From the NCBI GenBank assembly GCA_016193315.1, contig JACPSJ010000001.1, positions 599,478-663,477 of the forward strand: a DNA stretch of 64,000 nucleotides. The letters run 5' to 3'. Shown piece after piece: positions 58,037 through 64,000 of this stretch. Source of the stretch: Candidatus Kerfeldbacteria bacterium (GTDB lineage Bacteria; Patescibacteriota; Patescibacteriia; SBBC01; CAIJZX01). A program made the translations under genes and the position numbers. Under the pieces are notes generated by a model that had not been told where the DNA came from, made no database searches, and worked only from the letters and a program-made list of their open reading frames with translations. How positions within the stretch are numbered: the first letter of the stretch is position 1; each line of letters opens with the position of its first letter.

Positions 58037-61000
58037 ATGGCTATTCGAATCAACCTCATTGTCCGGCCGTCGTTTAAAGAACGGCTGTGGAAGGTGCTCA
58101 ACGTCATCGTCGGCGTGTCAACGATCATGAACGTAACTTTCCTGGGGTCAATCCTGGCCGCCCCGCGGATCGCCAAGGCCGACGCTCCCTCGCCGGCCAG
58201 CACCATTACCGCCACCTATAATCCCACTGGCGGCGCTTTGTCAGTCTCGGGTCAGTACACCTGGACCGCTTGCGATCCGGACAACGATGCTCGGATTGTG
58301 GGCTTCGCCCTGTTTATTGATGGTTCGGACGCCGATGCGAACGTCGGCACGCCACTGGCCACGACCACTGAGGCGCTCGACGGTACTGGGATGCACCTGG
58401 CCGATGCTGGGCAGCCATGTCATTCGGCCACCGGTAGCTGGTCCGACAACAGCCATAACGCCACCACGAATCCCATCCTGACCACTGCCCCGACCCGGGT
58501 CTGTGTCGTTACCTACGATGTCCGGACTGGCGTCAGCACCGGCAGTCATTCGCAAATCGGGAGCGGCAGCAACCGGAATACGGACAACTCATATGAGAAA
58601 AATAACGACCAGTACTCCAGCGTCTCATGTACGTCCGTGCCTGTTCCAAGCGTTCCCAACCCGCCACTCGGCCAGTCGTGTGGTCTCGATATTGGCCTGG
58701 TGGTCGATCGATCGGAAAGCATTGACAGCGGTGAGATGTCACAGATGAAAACCGCACTGACGAACTTCGCGAACGCCTTTACCGGCACCCCGACTGTCTT
58801 CAGCCTGACTTCCTTCGCCACCGGTTCAACCTTGAACCGAGCCTTCTCGCGTACCCCGACTCAGGCGGCCGGTGACATCGGCACGGACATTCCCTCGGTC
58901 GGCAGCGGTTACACCAACTGGGATAGCGGTTTGGCACGCAGTTCCGCTTCGTTCGACCCACGTCCGGCGAAAGCCAACCTGATTGTCATTGCCACTGACG
59001 GCAGCCCGAATCGCTGGGGCTACCCGACCACCGACCCGACCTTCGATTGGGACACCGGGTTGACCCGCGCGATTGAGCGCGCTAATGCGATCAAGACGGC
59101 CGGCACGCGGATCGTGGTGGTCGGCATTGGCGAGGACACGACCGACCCGGCGACGCCGACTCAGAAGCTGGAAAAAATGAAGGCTATCAGTGGCTCCAGC
59201 GTGGCCACTACTCCCGGGGCGATCACGACCGCCACCGACGTCATCAAAGTCACTGATTTCAGCGGCATCGGCACCGCCCTCTCGTCCTTAGCCGGAGAAC
59301 TCTGCGGCGGCAAGATCCTAGTCCAGAAACAATTCGATACAGACGGCGATGGCCAAGCTGATCTGACCGGCGACACTGCTGATCCGCTACTAGCTGGATA
59401 TTCCTTCGACGTCAACGGTGCCCCGTCCAATCCGGCGCCGCAAACTACGGGTGGCACCGGATCGCTGGCGTTCGATGTTTTGAACGGCATCTACAGTGTC
59501 GTTGAGACACAGCTCCCACCAAACACCCGCGTCCTGGACGCCCAGTGCGTCAACGGGCAGCAGGCGGTTGGGGCCTTCGATCCGAACAGTCGAACTGTTT
59601 CCGGTTTGACCATGGGGACGGATGATACGGTCAGCTGCACGTTCCTGAATGGCTACCGCCGCGGTTCACTGAAGGTAACGAAAATCGTTGATAGCGGTAC
59701 CGCTTCAGCCGATGATTTCGCGTTGACCATCGCCCCGGACCCAAACCACGTCGGCTCCGTCCATCCGATCAATGGCATCTACGTTTTTGACAGTTTGGAT
59801 CCCGGCCCGTACACGGTGTCCGAACAGACCGTCACCGGTTACCATCAGGTGGCATCGACCTGCGACAAAGTCCAGGTCTCGGCTGGCCAGCAAGCTGAGT
59901 GCGCCATCCACAATGCGCGCGATGCCGGCGAATTAACGGTCATCAAACAGGTGGTCAACAACAACGGCGGGAACAATTCGTCCGGCGACTTCACCATGCA
60001 TATCAAACAAGGCGGTGTCGATGCGGTCACACCGTTTGCCGGGAGCGCCAGCGGTGTAACGAAATCGCTGCCCGCCGGCACGTACACCGTTAGTGAAACT
60101 GGCCTCCCGGCTGGCTACCAACAAACCAGCGTAGTCTGCGACGGCCAGTCGACCAACACGGTCATCGTCACCAACGACGACAAACACACCTGCACCATCA
60201 CCAATGATGATGTGGCGTCCTCGATCACCCTCCAGAAGATGGTTATCAACAATAATGGTGGGGCGGCCGGTCCGAACGATTTCGGGCTGACCGTCGGCGG
60301 CACAGCCGTCACGTCCGGGCAAACTCTGAGCGTCAACGCCAACATTCCCATCGCCTTGAACGAGGCTGGTCGGAATGGGTACCAGTTTGTCTCGCTTAGT
60401 GGCGACGCCAAGTGCCCGAAAACCCTTGGCGGGACGGTCACGCTCAGCGAGGGTGAACATATTGTCTGTACTATCACCAACGACGACATTGCCCCCCGCT
60501 TGACCGTTATCAAGCACGTTATCAATAACAACGGCGGGAACAACGTCGCCGGAGATTTCACCATCTTCGTCAACGGCACCGACGTCTCTGACCCCGACTT
60601 CCCGGGCCGTGAGACTGGTACCACGGTCACCCTCGACCAAGGAGCCTATGCCGTCAACGAATCTGGTCCAAGCGGCTACACCATGAGTTTGTCCGCCCAG
60701 TGTACCGGCACGATTGACATTGGTCAGCACAAGACTTGCACGGTCACGAATAACGACCGGGGGGCGACGGTCACCCTGACTAAACGAGTCACCAATGACA
60801 ACGGCGGCACCGCCGGACCGAACGACTTTGGACTCCGGATCGGTGGTCAGGGAGTTAATTCTGGGCAGACCTTGGCCGTGGCCGCCAACGCACCAATCAG
60901 CATTAGTGAAACCGGACGTGTCGGCTACCAGTTTGTCTCCATTAGCGGCGATACGAAATGCCCGCCGGTACTCGGCGGTACGGTCACGCTCAGCGAAGGC

Positions 61001-63973
61001 GAACATCTGTCATGCACCATTACCAATGACGATGTCCAACCGCGACTGACGGTCTACAAGGTGGTGGTCCATGATGATGGCGGAGCGGCCGTACCCTCCG
61101 ACTTCACTCTCAACGTGACTGGCGGCCACGTCAACCCCAGCCAATTTGCTGGGTCTGACCAGGGAACCATCGTCAGCCTTGACGCTGGCGACTACCACGT
61201 CACCGAGCAGGCTAAGGCTGGCTATGAACCGGTCTATTCCGATGATTGCCAGGGTTCGATCGCCGTCGGTCAGAACAAAGCCTGCGTCGTGACGAACAAT
61301 GACCAGGCCGCCCACCTGATCGTCATCAAGCACGTCGTCAACGACGATGGCGGCAAGCGAACGTCCGATGACTTTTGGCTGACGATTGATGGCGTGAACG
61401 TCCCGAGCGGCGACACTTTCCCTGGGGCCGAAGCGCCAGGCGTCGACAAACGGGTTCACCCCGGTAACTATCTGGTCACCGAGAAAGAAATTGACGGCTA
61501 CCTGGCCTCGTACTCTCGCGATTGCAGCGGTTCGATCGCCCTCGGCGAAACGAAAGTCTGCACCGTCACCAATGACGATGTCCCACCAACCATCACCCTC
61601 ATTAAACAAGTCATCAATGATGACGGTGGGACCGCTGGGCCTGACGACTTTGGCTTGACCATTGGCGGCCAGGCTGTCCAGTCGGGTCAAGCGTTAGCCG
61701 TGCCAGTCGATCAGCCGATGACGGTAGATGAAGTTGGCCGACCGGGCTACGCCTTTGTGTCCTTGACCGGCGACAAAGAATGCCCCGGAAAGCTCGGCGG
61801 GACGGTGTCTCTCTATCCGGGTCAACACGTCACCTGCACCATCACCAATGACGACATCGAACCGCAACTGACGGTCACGAAGATCGTGATCAACGACAAC
61901 GGCGGTACAGCAGAGGTGAAAGACTTCGACCTGTTCGTCGACACGACGCAAGTAGAGAGCGGTGCGGAGAATGGCTTCGACGCCGGCACCTACACGATCA
62001 GCGAGGGGACGAACCAGTCAGGGTATGAGGTCACGCTTGGCGGGGACTGCAACGCCAAAGGTGAGGTCACCCTTAACCTTGGCGATGTCAAACACTGCAC
62101 GATTACCAATGACGATATTGCCCCCCGGTTGACGGTTATCAAACATGTCGTCAGCCAGTCCGCGGCGACCAAGACCGCCGGCGATTTCACCATCTTTGTC
62201 AACGGGGTGGAAGTCTCCGACCCGTCGTTCCCCGGCGATGAAGGCGGCACGACCGTCACTCTCGACACCGGTGCTTACTTCGTCGATGAAGCGGTGTCCG
62301 CTGGCTACCTCAAGAGCTTGTCCGCCAACTGCTCCGGAACGATCGACATTGGCCAGCACCAGACGTGTACCATCACCAATACCCAGCAAGACTTCACCGT
62401 CACCGTCAGCAAAACTGATGAGCCGGATCCAGTCCCGGCCGGGGCGGAACTGACGTACACGGTAGCGTGGGCCTTGAACGGCAATGTGCCGGTTGACAAT
62501 CTGACCGTCACCGACACCCTACCGACAAACACCACCTTCGTTTCCGCTGACCAGGGCGGCCAACACAGCAACGGTCTGGTCACTTGGTCGCTCGGCCCCT
62601 TCCCGACCGGGAACGGCAGCGGATCATTAGCGGTCACCGTCAAGGTAGCCAGCCCGCTCACGGACGGCACGGTCTTGACCAATCGAGCCGAGATCTGCGG
62701 CCAGGCCTTGAGCGAGCCGACCGAACAAACAATAGAGCGTTGCGACGATGATGAAGAAAAGACGACCGTCGAGTCAGCGCCAGCCATTGATCTGGACAAA
62801 TCTGGACCAGCCACCGCTATCCCCGGAGACACCATTACCTACACCCTGGCGTGGTCGGTCAGCGGCAACGCCCAGGCTACCAACGCCATCGTCTCCGATC
62901 CGGTTCCGGCCGACGCGAGTTTCGTCTCGGCCTCAGACGACGGCGGTCTCAGCGGGAGCGTCGTCAGTTGGAATCTAGGCACCGTCAACCCCGGCGATAG
63001 CGGTACCGTCTCGCTGACGGTCCTGCTTGACCGGCCGCTGCCGGATGGCCAACGCATCACCAACACCGGGACCTTCGACACGACCGAGAATGATCCAGTC
63101 AGCGACACGGTGGTCACCGTGGTTGAGTCTGCGCCCTCACTGTCGATCACCAAGACCAACGATGTGGCCGGCTTTACGAACCCCGGCCAGCAAGTGACGT
63201 ATACCGTCGTCGTCAGTAACGCCGCCAGCGCCACCGACACGGCCCGCAACGTCGTCCTGACTGACATCCTGCCAAACGGCTTCACCTATGCCGATGTGGG
63301 CGACTCCACCCGGACGTTCAGCCTGGACGATATTACGCCGGGCAGTTCGGTCACCACGATCTACAACGCCGCCATTGATGTCGAACAAGCGGCCGGTACC
63401 TACACCAACACCGCCTCCGCGCAAGGAAGCAACACACCGAAAGTTTCTGACCGCTCAGAGGTGGATGTTCGCCGACCGCAAGTACTGGGCGCGCAACCCG
63501 AGGTCGACCTCAACATCACCAAGCGGGTCAGCCCGACGGTCACCAATCCGGGCCAGGTGGTGACGTACACCCTGACGATAGTTAACGCTGGCGACGCCGA
63601 CGCAACCGACGTCAAAGTTACCGACACGCTGCCGAATGGTTTCACCTTCATCGAGGGCGGCCGGTCAACCAAGACCTTCGTCATTGGGACGCTAGCGCCG
63701 AACCACCAACGAGTCATCAACTACCAGGTTCGGATCGGCCGCGACGTAGCCTCCGGTCGCTACCAAAACACCGCCGTCCTGACTTCGAACGAAACCGAGC
63801 CGCAAACGGTTCAAGCCGCCCTGGAAGTCCGCCGACCCCGCGTCCTCGGCCTGGCGACCACCGGCATCACCGGTCGCGACGTGACCATCTTCGCGCTCGG
63901 ATTCAGTACTCTGGCGCTGGGCCTAGTCTGGCTGATGCGCCTGCGCCGATCGCATGACGCAGCTGCCGTCTAA
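58037..63973 (+). CDS. Large surface protein: vWA domain, about 11 Ig-like repeats, four DUF11-like domains, C-terminal anchor
   Basis: DRSES MIDAS and TDG; repeats LTVIKxVINNNGG...CTITNDD; LATTG followed by a TM and RLRR. Confidence 0.85.
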   Translation: MAIRINLIVRPSFKERLWKVLNVIVGVSTIMNVTFLGSILAAPRIAKADAPSPASTITATYNPTGGALSVSGQYTWTACDPDNDARIVGFALFIDGSDADANVGTPLATTTEALDGTGMHLADAGQPCHSATGSWSDNSHNATTNPILTTAPTRVCVVTYDVRTGVSTGSHSQIGSGSNRNTDNSYEKNNDQYSSVSCTSVPVPSVPNPPLGQSCGLDIGLVVDRSESIDSGEMSQMKTALTNFANAFTGTPTVFSLTSFATGSTLNRAFSRTPTQAAGDIGTDIPSVGSGYTNWDSGLARSSASFDPRPAKANLIVIATDGSPNRWGYPTTDPTFDWDTGLTRAIERANAIKTAGTRIVVVGIGEDTTDPATPTQKLEKMKAISGSSVATTPGAITTATDVIKVTDFSGIGTALSSLAGELCGGKILVQKQFDTDGDGQADLTGDTADPLLAGYSFDVNGAPSNPAPQTTGGTGSLAFDVLNGIYSVVETQLPPNTRVLDAQCVNGQQAVGAFDPNSRTVSGLTMGTDDTVSCTFLNGYRRGSLKVTKIVDSGTASADDFALTIAPDPNHVGSVHPINGIYVFDSLDPGPYTVSEQTVTGYHQVASTCDKVQVSAGQQAECAIHNARDAGELTVIKQVVNNNGGNNSSGDFTMHIKQGGVDAVTPFAGSASGVTKSLPAGTYTVSETGLPAGYQQTSVVCDGQSTNTVIVTNDDKHTCTITNDDVASSITLQKMVINNNGGAAGPNDFGLTVGGTAVTSGQTLSVNANIPIALNEAGRNGYQFVSLSGDAKCPKTLGGTVTLSEGEHIVCTITNDDIAPRLTVIKHVINNNGGNNVAGDFTIFVNGTDVSDPDFPGRETGTTVTLDQGAYAVNESGPSGYTMSLSAQCTGTIDIGQHKTCTVTNNDRGATVTLTKRVTNDNGGTAGPNDFGLRIGGQGVNSGQTLAVAANAPISISETGRVGYQFVSISGDTKCPPVLGGTVTLSEGEHLSCTITNDDVQPRLTVYKVVVHDDGGAAVPSDFTLNVTGGHVNPSQFAGSDQGTIVSLDAGDYHVTEQAKAGYEPVYSDDCQGSIAVGQNKACVVTNNDQAAHLIVIKHVVNDDGGKRTSDDFWLTIDGVNVPSGDTFPGAEAPGVDKRVHPGNYLVTEKEIDGYLASYSRDCSGSIALGETKVCTVTNDDVPPTITLIKQVINDDGGTAGPDDFGLTIGGQAVQSGQALAVPVDQPMTVDEVGRPGYAFVSLTGDKECPGKLGGTVSLYPGQHVTCTITNDDIEPQLTVTKIVINDNGGTAEVKDFDLFVDTTQVESGAENGFDAGTYTISEGTNQSGYEVTLGGDCNAKGEVTLNLGDVKHCTITNDDIAPRLTVIKHVVSQSAATKTAGDFTIFVNGVEVSDPSFPGDEGGTTVTLDTGAYFVDEAVSAGYLKSLSANCSGTIDIGQHQTCTITNTQQDFTVTVSKTDEPDPVPAGAELTYTVAWALNGNVPVDNLTVTDTLPTNTTFVSADQGGQHSNGLVTWSLGPFPTGNGSGSLAVTVKVASPLTDGTVLTNRAEICGQALSEPTEQTIERCDDDEEKTTVESAPAIDLDKSGPATAIPGDTITYTLAWSVSGNAQATNAIVSDPVPADASFVSASDDGGLSGSVVSWNLGTVNPGDSGTVSLTVLLDRPLPDGQRITNTGTFDTTENDPVSDTVVTVVESAPSLSITKTNDVAGFTNPGQQVTYTVVVSNAASATDTARNVVLTDILPNGFTYADVGDSTRTFSLDDITPGSSVTTIYNAAIDVEQAAGTYTNTASAQGSNTPKVSDRSEVDVRRPQVLGAQPEVDLNITKRVSPTVTNPGQVVTYTLTIVNAGDADATDVKVTDTLPNGFTFIEGGRSTKTFVIGTLAPNHQRVINYQVRIGRDVASGRYQNTAVLTSNETEPQTVQAALEVRRPRVLGLATTGITGRDVTIFALGFSTLALGLVWLMRLRRSHDAAAV

Positions 63974-64000
63974 CACCGTAGACTCAACCACGCCCCGCCG

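Noticed and set aside
59933-61690. Long minus-strand ORFs within the adhesin gene
   Set aside because: Antisense frames produced by repeat structure and codon bias.

Overview
Bacterial chromosomal segment, probably Patescibacteria (CPR). This assignment is an inference from the short ProRS, the compact mraZ-rsmH-ftsL-ftsI-murF block, TTCGG direct-repeat LexA boxes and the style of the palindromic repeats. The right two-thirds is mostly housekeeping: ssb, tRNA-Tyr, dinB, proS, dcw genes, a UvrD/PcrA helicase, rmlC, lexA, rplJL, mltG, a mannose-1-phosphate guanylyltransferase, pcm and a ~2000-aa vWA/Ig-repeat surface protein. The left ~18 kb is accessory. The strongest candidate for a new system is a tightly coupled minus-strand operon (10424->3467). 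It encodes four stand-alone 7TM sensor-like proteins, a LuxI/FeeM-like acyltransferase, a ThiF-like adenylase and a 7TM-GAF-GAF histidine kinase whose sensor half shares the AT-richer composition of the cassette. hutH, a VanX-like peptidase and a CntK-like racemase lie downstream, and the locus looks like a small-molecule signalling system. Other notable items are a duplicated structured 5' leader on two Tat-lipoprotein CHAP genes (one with an in-frame TAG), a complete tRNA-Tyr nested inside the remnants of another tRNA gene, a triplicated dinB 5' end with mostly synonymous differences, an orphan structured RNA candidate, a MITE-like element replacing the L7/L12 C-terminus, and a readable SOS regulon.
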